DNA of 64,000 bases, from assembly GCA_951406725.2 (NCBI GenBank), contig OX597815.1, forward strand, positions 106,578,001-106,642,000, given 5' to 3'. The stretch is from Octopus vulgaris (taxonomy: Eukaryota). Made by a program: the position numbers and the translations under genes. Below, piece after piece: positions 42,890-56,927 of the stretch. Within the stretch, counting starts at the first letter, position 1; every line of letters starts with the position of its first letter. Below the pieces are notes generated by a model, which worked only from the letters and a program-made list of their open reading frames with translations, was not told where the DNA came from and ran no database searches.

Positions 42890-43099
42890 TTACGGAGATG
42901 TACTCGCATAGCAAGTGATTTGATCTGAGATCGTGTGCTGGAACGAAAACAATTGCAGCGTGGAAGGTGTTTGTAAGCCATTTAAGAAACACACGAAAGC
43001 CGTTCGATTCACTTCAACATTTAAACTTTAATTTGTCAAAATATTTTCGTAGCTAAAATCCGCGACCTGTTCGCTGACAAAAATCCGTGCTGCATCTCT
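42890..43099 (-). mobile_element. ~210-bp ORF-less element carrying a G3-C8 hammerhead fold (43032-43081)
   Basis: Homologous to the 49942-50221 insertion; uuuguca-GCGAACA-G-GUCGC..GCUAC-GAAA-AUAU-UU-ugacaaa. Confidence 0.75.
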
Positions 43100-43111
43100 T
43101 GTATGTCTGTA

Positions 43112-43210
<99 letters not shown>

Positions 43211-43440
43211 ATTTCTTTATTGCTCACAGGGAACTGAACATAGAGGGGACAAACAAGGAAAGACAAAGGTATTAAGTCGATTACATCGACCCCAGTGCGT
43301 AATTGGTACTTATTTAATCGACCCCGAAAGGATGAAAGGCAAAGTCGACCTCAGTGGAATTTGAACTCAGAACGTAACGGCCGACGAAATACCGCTAAGC
43401 ATCTCGTCCGGCGTACTAACGATTCTGCCATCTCACCGCC
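43211..43440 (-). mobile_element. SINE family A
   Basis: Closely similar to 56452-56686 and 57989-58210. Confidence 0.9.
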
Positions 43441-43635
43441 CTGTCCCTATATATATATATATATATATATATTCGTTCATTCCAGAAGTCTGAAGGAGTC
43501 GCGCTCCGTGAGAGGTCTACGAAACTTGAAGAAACACGGAAACCAAATCAAACCGTTTAAAATAATATATGTAACTCCTACAAAATGTGTAGAGTGCCTT
43601 TTTCCTTCGTGTATCCACTCTTTCATGTATGTATG

Positions 43636-43756
<121 letters not shown>

Positions 43757-43884
43757 TATATATATATATATAAAATAGTAAAAAGTGAAAAAAGTACAGA
43801 AGGCTTAAAGGTTAAAAAATATATATTTGAGTCAATATGTCTGAAGAATATTAAAAATTTTTTTCTTACAATGACATAATTTAG

Positions 43885-43923
43885 AAGAAAGACCGGTTTC
43901 GCGTTTAGCTTTTCAAATTTCTT
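43885..43923 (-). ncRNA. Minimal hammerhead-like motif, U3-A8 core
   Basis: aagaaa-u-UUGAAAA-GC uaaac GC-GAAA-CCGG-UC-uuucuu; palindromic stem III ACCGGU; only a 2-bp stem II and one extra U. Confidence 0.5.
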
Positions 43924-44058
43924 ACGTCGTTATGTTTATGTTTATGTTGAACAGAGTTATATATAGATAGTTATATATAGATAAAAATGGTAAGACAACA
44001 AAAGAATGAAAGAGACCTCGATATTATGTAAATAATATATAAATAACATACTGGACAA

Positions 44059-44163
<105 letters not shown>

Positions 44164-44392
44164 TATAAATATATATATATATATACACATATATAAATTT
44201 GTAATTTAAATATTATCGATGACTGCGTAACTCGCTTATACACTATACATTTAGTAGTACATAGATCTGCACAATTATATTTATCACTTATAACTTTCTT
44301 CAGCAAACCGGACGTTGACTTCAATATGGAAAACAGTAAAATACGTAAGTGCTTTATATATACTAACGTTGAATAAGGCAATTGAAGTATAG

Positions 44393-44455
<63 letters not shown>

Positions 44456-44941
44456 GGCGGTGCATCAGCATGGCCGCAGCTCTGAGCTGAAACTAGAAAA
44501 AAAAATATATGTATGTATGTATGTATGTATGTCTATGTATACACACACACAGACACACAAACACACACATATATATATACACCTTTCATTCAAGACAAAT
44601 AAGGTGTTTATAAATTTGAAAATGAACGATGTTGCCATAAAGGAGGAAGTAAAGTTATATGAAACGAATATGATACTTATGATGATTTGGGGGTAAACCG
44701 TAAGAATTCACAGCCATTTATATCATAAAAGGAACACCAATGCTACTGAAGTTGTTTTGGCAACGTTGTTATTCTTATTGCTGTGAATGTTGATGTTGTT
44801 GATTCTGTTGATGTTGTTGATACTGCAATATAAATATACCGAGTATGTGGATATATTTAATTGATAACAGATCGATAAACCAGACTTAGCTACAATAATC
44901 CAAATGACAGATATGCAGACAGGGGAATGAATACAAATAAG

Positions 44942-45014
<73 letters not shown>

Positions 45015-45066
45015 AATATGCGTGTGTGCGTGTGTGTGTACATATATGCTTATATATGTATATTTA

Positions 45067-45113
<47 letters not shown>

Positions 45114-45653
45114 ATACACACATATTCATATGTAAGGAAAACATATTTACTTTGAAACATATGTTAAAGATAAAACATTTCCTTACAACAGCAATGAGGG
45201 ATTGACACATACTAGGAATAATTTATACCCCGTAGACGAGCAGTGAAAGTATTGAAACGTTGGTGATAACGATGGATTTCGGGACTTTACTGTTTTATAC
45301 AAATGGTAAAAACTCATGTGAAAATATGGAAAATAACCATTCATAATAAAGTTATGAAAACGCTTGTCCTAGTAGTTAGGGTGTAGCACTAACGATTGTA
45401 AGGTTGTGGTTTTAATTTCAGGACAGCGATAGAAAAACACTTCACTTCATGTTGCTTCAGTTCACTTATGACTAAATAAATTCCAGTAATAAGTGGAAAA
45501 TTAGTTCTGAGACGGATTAATTCTGCGACCGAGTTAATATCTAGCCTAGTCTCATGACAGACCTATAATAAAATTAAAGGCAGAACATATTCGTGCCTTT
45601 AATACAACATATACACACATGTGCACACACGCACATATGCACATTTACTCATA

Positions 45654-46454
45654 TGCCAGATTGAGTCAAATGTTTTTCGGATTTTTGCTGATAACTTCTG
45701 TCAAGGTTTATCTTCATGTAATATCATTAATTTGATACAGCTTGCTGTTTAATCGCTGCTGAATTTTTATTCTTTATTTTCATATATAACATACAAGCGT
45801 TAATTGCTTCTTCTTTTTTTTTTTTTCAGCTTTGATAATGAGTGGTGAAGAAATTGTAATTAGAGTAATTTAATACTGCCTGTGGGGAAAGGACCAACTG
45901 CAAGGTCAACAGCAAAAGGAACTAATAATGTAGAAAGCCCAGGAACTGTCAACGAACGTGTGGAACCTAAGTGGTTCAGACATTCTAAAGAACATGACAC
46001 CAGCTTTGAAGACAAAACAAAGTCAGGGAGACTCCTTCCCCCGTTGTGGAAGTTGAGGCCATCCTTGAAATGATTGAACAATAGACAATCACAAGCACTC
46101 GTACATTGTCGGCAGAACTTGGTCCTTCACAAATCCCCTTTAATCGACACCTCCATAAGCTCGGCCTTGGGGACAGACGCTGTCAAAAAGTTCCTTTTAA
46201 ACTGACCAATGACCAGGCTTCACGACGTCTCATTTCCTGCACGGATGAAGGTTCAGCAATGTGGATGAGGCTGAAAATGGTTGCAAGGACTTTTTGCCTT
46301 TTAACTAGCCAAATGGTATAAGCATAGAATTGAGCTTCTGGCACAACAATGACAACAGACAATAGATTATGATGAGATATATTTCGATGAATGATTTATT
46401 TGAACTGCTAATTAATGCTTGAAATATGAAAAAAACTTTTGACTCAACTTGGCA
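45654..46454 (+). mobile_element. Internally deleted mariner with both TIRs
   Basis: TIRs tgccagattgagtcaaatgttttt / aaaaacttttgactcaacttggca; KWFRH..TSFEDK.KSGR, TRTLSAELG, HLHKLG..VPFKLT and C-terminal YKHRIELL..Q..IDYDEIYFDE. Confidence 0.85.
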
Positions 46455-47306
46455 TGATTAGAAAAATTTCCGATCTTGTGTTAGAGACATTTTCAACCAT
46501 GTTACTTCTCTTACAACAAGGTACTAACAAGAAGTGGTTTTGAGAGAAAATAGCATACATCCGCATATATAATTCGGAACCTGAGTTCAACCTAACCGAC
46601 AATATGCAGTAACTACCAACATAGCTTGGAATTTCTATCACTATTAGGAACTAATTTTCCAAATAGCACAAATATCACAAACTCTTCAACACCAGTAACG
46701 GGAAAATGAGATATTCTCCAGTCGTACATCACAATGCGATACACATTTGACCAATCCTTACCAGCTTGTAACTTCAGAAATATTCCGAATTGCTCACCGA
46801 AAGGGTCTTGCTCCTCTAGGTCGGTAGTATATAGAGCAAGTACAAGACAAGCATATGGAGGAGAAAGAAATTAGATGGGACTTACCAACATATACACACA
46901 AAGATTCAAAGTGAGAGTTTCAGAAAATTGTACGTGTTCGATATACTGCATCTGCAGAAAGGTAAATTTTCTCCAGAAGATAATGAGTTGCAAATTGCTG
47001 TGATCCGAAAAGCTCTAAATCCAAAAACAACCTTCCCAAATCTTTGATGGGGTCTCTTGCTGTTGTTATAAGAGAAAATACTTTCAAATCCAAGCAGAAC
47101 AATTAAGGCCAAGCAGATCAGTTACGGTCATGCTCTTCTCTATACAAAAGCGGTAAAACACACTAACAAACCCAAAACAGTTATCTATTAGGGATAAGAA
47201 TATCTGACATCAATTCAACTGACAGCACTTGACTCATGACACATCGAGTTGAATTTTTTAGTACACATTCAATTCGACGTCACACTAAAGAATAACAGCA
47301 ACGGAG

Positions 47307-47908
<602 letters not shown>

Positions 47909-49436
47909 TAATACAAAAATACTACGTAAATAGAAAATTACAGAAAAAGGTATACCTGAAGTAAAAGAACAGCTAAACCAAGATATCCTTGCCACAGCAC
48001 AAAGAATTCGTCGGTTTGAGAAACACCAACGTTTCTTTGAACATAAAAAACAATTCAACTCCAACCCCAAAAGATTCTACCAAAAATAAAATAAACATCA
48101 ATTCAGCACCAACAGCAGAAAAAGTAGAAGAATTTTGGAAGGAAATATGGTCGGCGAAGGAACAATCTCAGAAAAGGTCTATCAAAACAACGAACTCAGT
48201 ACCTGAAAAACTCTGGACCCATATAACAACTGAAGGGCTTATCCAGGCACTGCAAAAACTAAGCAACTGGAAGGCACGCAGGCACGATAAGATCCCCAAC
48301 TTCTGGTTAAAATATCTGACAGAAACACATAAAAAACAGGCTAAGAAATTTAATGACATACTTAGCAAAGTCAGAGACAATGCCTGAATGGCCCACGGAC
48401 GGGAAAACTATCATAATTCCCAAATCCACTGAAACGGCAAACCCACAAAATTACAGACCAATAACTTGTCTCCCTAAATTTACAAAGCCTTTACTCCAAT
48501 AATATCGCAGAGAATGGGCAAGCATCTGGAAGAAAACAACCTGTTTCTAGAAGAGCAGAGAGGATGCTGCAAGGGCTCATACGGCTATAAAGATCAACTA
48601 ATGATCAATAAAGCCATAACTGAAGACAGCCGCAGGAAGAAGGATCTAAGTAAGGCCTGGATCGATGACCGAAAGGTTTTTGATAGTATTCCCCACACAT
48701 GGATCCTAGAAACACTAGCCATGAACATGGTAGCACCAATTATCATAAATGAATAAATGATAGACAGTGCTACAGCTCCAGACAAAAGAAGGATTCATAA
48801 AAACCAAAGCCATCCCCATTAGAAGAGGAATATTCCAGGGAGATACGCTATCTCCACTCCTTTTCTGCTTGGCACTGACACCTTTATCTGACATGTTAAA
48901 CAGAACTGGATGTGGATACAACTGTCACGGCAAAACAATCAGCCACCTCTTATATACGGATGACCTAAAACTGTACGCTATAAATGATAAACAGCTGAAA
49001 ACATTACTACAGACAGTACATTGATTTACCAAAGAAAAAAACTTGAAATTTGGCTTAGAAAAATGTGCCAAAGCAACCTTGAAATGAGGAAAACTAGTTA
49101 AGAGTAGCAACATCACACTAGATAAAGCAAATGAAATAAGAGAATTAGATCAAAGCCGGACATACAAATGCTTAGGAATCAATGAACTAGATACAACACA
49201 CAAATGAAAAAGATATTAAAAAAAAATGAATACAATAGACGAGTTAGATTAATAGTGAAAACAGAGTTCAATGCGAAAAGCAAGATAATAGGCATCAACA
49301 CTCTAGCCGTCCTAGTTATAAATTACAGCTACAATATCCTTAACTGGACACTAAATGAACGAATCAAAATAGACAGGAGAACAAGAAAAATAATGACAGG
49401 ATTTAGGATGCACCACCCAAAATCTGATATTGAAAG

Positions 49437-49483
<47 letters not shown>

Positions 49484-49941
49484 TAGAAGGTGGTAGAGGC
49501 CTTATACACTTAGAAAACTATTTCAAAATAACCACCATAGGACTACAAAAATACCTACTTCAGAAGCAAGGAAAACAAATACAAATAGCCACAAAACACG
49601 AACAAAACAAAAAAATGTTTTTAGTCTTTAAGGAAGCTGACAAATACAAAAAAAAATGTCATACTACCTCGCAACTATGAAGAAAAAGAAGAAATAACAA
49701 AATCTGTAAAGCAACTGAAATCCAAACTAAAACTGGAACAGCAACGGTCATATTGAAACGATGGCAAGAAAAGCCCCTTCATGGTAAATACTGAGTAAAA
49801 CTAAATGCAAAAGAAATAGATAAAGCAAAACCCCAACAATGGTTGAGAAGCTCAGGATTCAAAGCAGAAACTGAAGGATTTTTAAATGCAGCAAAGACCG
49901 AAGCCTCCCCACCAGAAATTACCAAAAACATATAATGAAAA

Positions 49942-50221
49942 TTACGGAGATGTACTTGCATAGCAAGTGACCTGGTCTGAGATCGGGTGCTGGAACGAAA
50001 ACAATTGCAGCGTGGAAGGTGTTTAGAAGCCATTTAAGAAACACACAAAACCGTTAGATTCACTTCAACATTTAAAGAGATGCAGCACGGAGTTTTGTCA
50101 GTGAACAGGTCGCGGTCTCAAAGCGACGAAAATATTTTGACAAATTAAATTTAACTGTTGAAGTGAATCTAACGGTTTTTGTGTGTTTCTTAAGTGGCTT
50201 ATAAACACCTTCCATGCTGCA
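49942..50221. mobile_element. Inverted-arm PLE-type insertion with 12-bp TSD
   Basis: atataatgaaaa at 49930-49941 and 50222-50233; removal restores the LINE frame KHIMKRNITSNCRICGDG; arms ~50003-50070 and ~50156-50223 are inverted. Confidence 0.88.
50094..50144 (+). ncRNA. Minimal type-I hammerhead fold with swapped G3-C8 core pair
   Basis: UUUGUCA-GUGAACA-G-GUCGC ggucucaaa GCGAC-GAAA-AUAU-UU-UGACAAA; 7-bp stem I, 5-bp stem II, palindromic stem III AAUAUU. Confidence 0.7.
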
Positions 50222-50914
50222 ATATAATGAAAAGAAACATAACAAGTAACTGCAGAATATGTGGAGATGGATAAGAAAACAATAAACCATATTGTCTCTG
50301 GCTACCCAGTCCTGGCTAAGAAGGAATATATTCACAGACACGACAGAGTTGGGATTTATATACACTGGAAGCTATGCCAACACTATAGAATAACAACAGA
50401 AAAAAGATGGTATAAGCACACCCCAGAAAAAATTACAGAAAATGAGAAAGCAACCATACTATGGGATATGCCAAAACACATAGAGAAATTAAGGCCAATA
50501 GACCGGATATAGTTGTCAGAGCTTATTAAAAAAATGCTTTCTAATCGATGTATCAATACCAACGTTTCTGTAAAAGAGACAACGTTTCTCTAAAATAAAT
50601 GGAGAAACTTTCAAAGTACAAAGACATGGAAAAGTGGTAACTCGAATGTGGAGTCTAAAAACAGAAACAATTCCTATCATAATAGGCGCATTAGGTATCA
50701 TAAAAAATATTCAGACAAATGCATAACAAAAACACCAGGACTAACAAATATATATAACATACAGAAAATTGCACTACTAAGCATCGCACACATCTTACGT
50801 AAAACACTTTCAATACAGTAAAAATAAGAGCATCACAACAAACCACAGCACATGCCACAGAGCTGCGCTCGGTAGTGCTGGGAAAGCACGCATTAAAAAT
50901 AAGACTACTGAATG

Positions 50915-50949
<35 letters not shown>

Positions 50950-50951
<2 letters not shown>

Positions 50952-52740
50952 GGGAGACACTCAAGACTGAGGAAATGGAAGAGTTCTGGAATAAGATATG
51001 GAGCAACAAAAAAAGAATATAATAATAAAGCAGACTGGAGAGAGCGTGAGAAAGTGAGACTAGATGAAGTTGAAGAGCAGAATAGGAGGCAGTAGAAACG
51101 GAAGAACTAAGATGTGTTCTTAGGAAGTCTCACAAATGGAAAACCCCAGGACTAGATCGAATTTCTAACATCTGGCTAAATTGTCTAACAAAACTACACC
51201 AAAATTTCGCTGCATTTCTGACTGATGTCATCCAGAACCCATATCAAATACCTGCCTAGCTGACCGAAGGAATAACATACCTTCTACCAAAAACTGAAGA
51301 CACAAAATATCCAAAGAACTACGAGCAATAACATGTCTCACGACAATAAATCATCTGTTTTATATGGCTGATCTGAAGCTGTTTGCTAGAAATTACGAAG
51401 AACTAGTAGGGCTGTTAACAACTGTTAAAGAATTCAGTAATGACATCGGGATGGATTTTGGCCTTGATAAGTGTGCTTAAGCAACTTTTGTAAGAGGCAA
51501 GCTCGGGAAAACAGCTTCCATTAAATTAGATACCGACATTACCATCAAGGTACAAATACCTGAGGATAAACGAAGGAGATGGTATACATGTTACTATGAA
51601 GGAAAACATAAGAAAGGAATATTACAGGAGAATAAGACTCATACTAAAAACTGAACTCAGCTCTAAAAATTGCATCAAAGCCATTAACACCGTAGCACTT
51701 CCAGTAGTCCAATATAGTTTTAACATCATTAACTGGAATCTTACAGAGCTCCAAAGCCTGGACAGGAAGACAAAAAACTACTAACTTCTAAGAACATGCA
51801 CCACCCAAAAGCATATGTTGATCATCTGTACCTATTGCTCTTATTGTTACTGTATTGAAAGTGTTTTACGTAGGATGTGTGCGGTGCCTAGTAGTGCAAT
51901 TTACTGTACGTTATATATATTTGTTAGTCCTGGTGTTTTTGTTACGCATTTGTCTGAATATTTTTGAGGAGCGGTAGAGCCAGAAGCCTCTGCATTGATA
52001 GTATATATTTCGAAGTCGAAATGCTGATGCAGACTAAGCAAAAACCCATCATTGGCTGAGAAGTTCAGGACTGAAAGCAGAGACTGAAGGTTTCATATTG
52101 CTGGCAGAAGATCAAAGCATGCTCACAAAAAACTACCAGGCTAACGTTCTTCAAAACGATTCTGACTCTAAATGCAGATGATTCTGCGACACATTTAACG
52201 AAACAAGAAACCATATCGTCTCGGGATGCCCTGTGTTAACACCAAACGAATACAAAAATCACCACGATAGGGTAGGACAACATTTACACTATAAATCATG
52301 TAAACACTACAAAAATCAGTACCCCTGCTTATTGGTATGAACATCATCTTGAGCCAGTCGTTGAAGGTAAAAATGTGACTATCCTTTGGGATTTTCCAGT
52401 CAACATGACAGAACGATCCAGGCTAATCGACCAGACATAATTATTAAAGACAGGGAAGAAAATACATGTAGACTAACAGATGTAAGTGCTTCCACTGATA
52501 AAAAGATATCTGTCAAGGAATTTGACAAACTAAGTAAATATAAGGACCTGGAAATTGAAATACAAAAGACGTGGCATCTTAAAACGATAACTGTTCCTGT
52601 TATTGTAGGTGCCCTAGGTATGATAAAAAAGGGCTATCAGAAACATCTAGATACGATCCTAGGAGAACCACGTCTCAGATAAATCCAAAAGATTGTACTG
52701 ACAAGTACTGCCACATCCCTAGAAAAACCCTATCCTTTTA
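50950..52740 (+). mobile_element. Third, divergent R4/Dong-like LINE (deleted, rearranged)
   Basis: WKTPGLD, TYLLPK, NHLFYMADLKLFA, FGLDKC, SGLKAETEGF, RHD-like, IQANRPDII..KYKDLE..PVIVGALG; starts after the (TAA)n at 50914-50948. Confidence 0.9.
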
Positions 52741-53153
52741 AATGTCTGTGTTGTATTACATAAAGATATTTTGCTACTTCCCCTTCCCAAGCTTTCAGTC
52801 ATATTGTAACATCTCTTATCCTTCACTCGCCCCAGGACACTGGCTGTATCTTGGCAAGTGACTGTAACAGACATGCAGATTAAAAGAATATATATATATA
52901 TAGATACACACATACATGCATGCATCGCACACGCGCGCGCGCGCATGTACTCACACATATAGATTTGTAAAGACAATTGATATATACTTAGATAGATCAA
53001 TAGGTTTGTCATTGACTTGGATGAAAAAGGAAATGGACGACTTGTTATTAAAAGATGATAGACAATACAAAATACTATGTGTAACTGTGTATACACATTT
53101 GCATACGTACATATATACATACACCCATTAATGCACATATAAATACTCGTGCC

Positions 53154-53214
<61 letters not shown>

Positions 53215-53772
53215 AAGCTATGTGTATAAACGTACAATTTATTTGTCACTCTCTCTGTTAGTTCTCCAGTGTTTCTCTCTCCATTCTCCTGTGTCTCACT
53301 GCCTCTCTCTGTTTTCTATATGTGTTTATATGCGGTATCTTGTTGTTTTCTATGTGCGTATGTGTGTTTTTGAGTGAATAAAGATCGTCAAAGAAAAATG
53401 TTATTAAAATAGCAATTGAGAATCCACTGAGAAAACAAGCCAAGACACGACGACCTTACATACTAGTACGACATGGAATCGATCTGTGCCGGACAAAGCT
53501 AGTCAACATGGTGCCTGAATGTGCCTGAATGGAACTTACTTGCAATACAAGTCAGGCATGATGGTGTTGGTGTAGCCATAGTTTACTTTATCATTATCAG
53601 TGTCAGTTTTCCAACAGAACAGAAATCATTACAATAATAGTACAGAAGTGCATCGGCAGTAGCAGCAGCAGCAGTGGCAGTGGAAGTGGTTGTGGCGACG
53701 ATAACAGCAGCAGCAGTTGCTGTAGTAGTAGTAGTGAACAAATGATTTGGATTAAATTGAAAGAAATAAGAA

Positions 53773-53816
<44 letters not shown>

Positions 53817-53817
<1 letters not shown>

Positions 53818-54941
53818 ACTAGCTTAAGGTGACCTGCTCTACGCGCGGGTAAGAGTGTGGTTGTTATTTTCTGTTGCATCCTTTCGGCACGTAAAAAGCA
53901 CCATCCGAACGTGGCCGATGGCAGCGCCGCCTTGACTGGCTTCTGTGCCGGTGGCACGTAAAAAGCACCAACCGATCGTGGCCGCTGCCAGTGCCCCTCC
54001 CCCCGTGGTACCTGTGCCGGTGGCACGAAAAAAGCACCCACTACAATCACGGAGTGGTTGGCGTTAGGAAGGGCATCCAGCTGTAGAAACACTGTCAGAT
54101 CAGACTGGAGCCTGGTGCAGCCTCCTGGCCTCCCAGACCCCGGTCAAACCGTCCAACCCGTGCTAGCACGGAAAACGGACGTTAAACGATGATGATGATG
54201 ATGATGATTCTCCCTCTTTGTTTCTCTCTCCTTTCTCTCTCCCTTTCTCACTGTCTTACTCTTCCTTTCTCTCGGACTCTCCCTCTATCTTACTCTCTAT
54301 CTTTCTCTATCTATCTATCTCCCATTTATAAACAACAAAAGATCTTGAGTAAGTTGAGAAAGAAAGTAGTTTGAAAGATTAATCATAAATATCAGGCAGT
54401 AACAACGGAAAGGTCTGCTTCAAAGCAGAAAGCAAAACACTAACATTTAAAAGGGACAGACGAACTTGCGAGCTGGATAAAAATTAAAAAAATATTGGAA
54501 ACCAAAGTTTGAAAGGATAGAATCTGAGGATAGTAGAGTCACCATGGCTGGCATTTCTTAACGACGGACAGTAATATAGTGGCAGTTTAACGGCTGGCGT
54601 AAAATTTTGAACTTGATGTAAAAGAAAATTCCTAAACATCAAGCTTTGAAATGATTCTTTCTCACGACAGTAGACTCACCATGGCAAGCATTCAAAACTT
54701 CTTCATTATGGACGGCAACACATTGACGATTTAAAGGTTGGCGTAAATTTTTTAGCTTCATGTAACACAGAATTCCTAAACACCCGCTCCTGTAAATTTT
54801 AATCGCCTTCAAGCCCCATTTAGACCTCTTTTCACATTTTGGTTAATATAACCCGATTTCATTCGGGTCTACTCGGGTCACATTTTATAAGATGAAGAAT
54901 TTTGTCCTAGAGGTCACGCCTTTCATTTGAGGAAAAAAATA

Positions 54942-55009
<68 letters not shown>

Positions 55010-55202
55010 GCATTATATCACTATCAGGCAAATCAAACAGTGAAAAACATAAACGAAAACATAAAAGTAAAAATATAATATACAAAATATATAAGATATG
55101 AAATTAAAAAATTAAAATTATTAATTTATATTTATAATTAAAAAAATATATATATAACTATCAAAAAGTATTAAAAAGTTTAATATACATATTTATATAT
55201 AG

Positions 55203-55251
<49 letters not shown>

Positions 55252-55364
55252 GGACACACACACATATATAAATTAACCCAATAAATATCTGATTCATAAT
55301 ATTTGTTCTCATGATTGTGTTGAGGTGGTGGCGATGATAATTCTGTCTATGAATGCAGACAGAC

Positions 55365-55412
<48 letters not shown>

Positions 55413-55798
55413 ATCGCTGTCGAAGGCGTGGAGGGGGAGATATAGAACACTGTTTGACGACGTTATAAAGAGAAAGTGAAGAGGAGTTAGACGCCGTTAA
55501 AAGACGTTTTATATAGAAAGTGATGGGAAGGGAGAAAAGAGAGTGAGTGACGGAGGAAGACAGATACATAAAAGAATGAGAGTAGACTTGTCAAAATGCA
55601 TTTTTGGCCCTAGCAACGACACCTTTTAAGATAGGGATTTCTAACCTAGCCCACTGGCATCCTCATCTCATTTTACATGTCCCTGTAAATTTTGGAGTCA
55701 ATCCGACGGGATCTAATGGCCTTTAACCCGTTCTCAATGCCAAAACCAGACAAACAAACAAACAAACTTTTCGCATTTCAGATTTATAATATAGAGAT
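53817..55798 (+). mobile_element. Non-autonomous Helitron/Helentron-like element with internal ~138-bp tandem duplication
   Basis: tactag start with acctgc..gcgggt hairpin; duplicated block ~54532-54638 / 54670-54782; end taaattttggagtcaatccg..(caaa)n..tttataatatagagat. Confidence 0.55.
53885..54207 (+). mobile_element. SINE 3' part with internal ggcacg(t/a)aaaa(a)gcacc repeats and (GAT)n tail
   Basis: Three ggcacg..aaaagcacc units, tggcgttaggaagggcatccagctgtagaaac, then a (gat)n tail. Confidence 0.8.
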
Positions 55799-55824
55799 GT
55801 GTGTATATATATATATATATATAA

Positions 55825-56290
55825 TTAATAAAAAAACACGGTGAAAAAAGACAAAAAAGAACAACAACGCGAGGACGTGGTTCATGCAAAGTTTTAATAA
55901 GACGCCCAGAGATGGAAAGAAAGCGTGGTTGTTTTTACGTTTCGAGCAAAGCTCTTCTTCGGAAACGAGACATAGGAAAGTCCAAAAGAAAAGGAAGAAG
56001 GAGGAAAAAATCACCATCACTCCACGTGTAGTTACATTTTGGAATGACCGGAAGTAGGACAAAGAGAAAGTGCTTTCTGGGACAGGAGAATGGTGAAGAA
56101 TGGGTGGTATCTATGCGTATGTGTGGGTGTGTGTGCGTAATAGCGAGTGTGCGTGTGGTGGCAACTCTGTGTGTGTCTATGTTGGCATGTGTATATAGAT
56201 GGATTAGGAATGTGTGTATGTGTATGTGTGTGAGTGGGCATGTGTATAGGTGTGTATGTGTGTGTGTATCTACACGCTCACGCGCACATA
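55825..56290 (-). mobile_element. PLE pseudo-LTR with hammerhead-like motif (55933-55965)
   Basis: uuu-CCGAAGA-A-GAGC uuu GCUC-GAAA-CG-UA-aaa preceded by a C/A-rich UTR, same layout as 19476-20250. Confidence 0.68.
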
Positions 56291-56451
56291 CATACACGCA
56301 CCCAAGAGATCGCTAGAGTAAGTACCAGGCTTAAAAAATAAGTTCTGGTGTCGATTCGTTAGACAAAAATTCTTTAAGTCGGTATCCCAGCATGTCTGTA
56401 GTCTAATACATGCATACATGTATGTACGGTCAGTTAATTAAGCAGCAGAAA

Positions 56452-56686
56452 TACCTATTTCTTTACTACCCACAAGGGGCTAAACACAGAGAGGACAAAC
56501 AAGGACAGACAAACGGATTAAGTCGATTACATCGACCCCAGTGCGTAACTGGTACTTAATTTATCGACCCCGAAAGGATAAAAGGCAATGTCCACCTCGG
56601 CGGAATTTGAACTCAGAACGTAACAGCAGACGAAATACGGCTATGCATTTCGCCCGGCGTGCTAACGTTTCTGCCAGCTCGCCACC
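56452..56686 (-). mobile_element. SINE family A, full length, 12-bp TSD
   Basis: aagcagcagaaa at 56440-56451 and 56687-56698. Confidence 0.93.
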
Positions 56687-56927
56687 AAGCAGCAGAAACA
56701 CCAGCACCGACAGCAACAACTGCAGCACCAACACCAGCGCTATGGCCGGAGATGACGACCACGCCAGCTCCAGCAACATCAGCGAAGCTACCAATCTCAC
56801 ACCCAGAATCAACAGCGACGGCAGTTACAACACCATCGGCAACAGCAGCAGTAACACCAACAGTACGGCCGGGGATGACTTTTGCAATGGCAACAATTAC
56901 AGCGAAATCGCCAGACCCAAGCCCTGT

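Larger units (their letters stand above)
47910..50912 (+). mobile_element. R4/Dong-like LINE, ~3 kb, decayed RT + CCHC + endonuclease
   Basis: NYRPITCL, EQRGC, AWID.RKVFDSIPH.W, RGIFQGDTLSPLLF, SHLLYTDDLKLYA, FGLEKC, CRICG..RHD; 3' UTR matches 47735-47836; interrupted by (TA)n and a PLE-type insertion. Confidence 0.93.

Noticed and set aside
45224-45265. GAAACGUU palindrome with short flanking complementarity
   Set aside because: No convincing core or stem II.
46560-47150. Possible L1/Tx1 ORF2 C-terminal Cys motif on the minus strand
   Set aside because: Too degenerate to call without a profile search.
53885-54040. Three short repeats with different spacers, superficially CRISPR-like
   Set aside because: Internal repeats of a eukaryotic SINE; spacers are related to each other and there are no cas genes.
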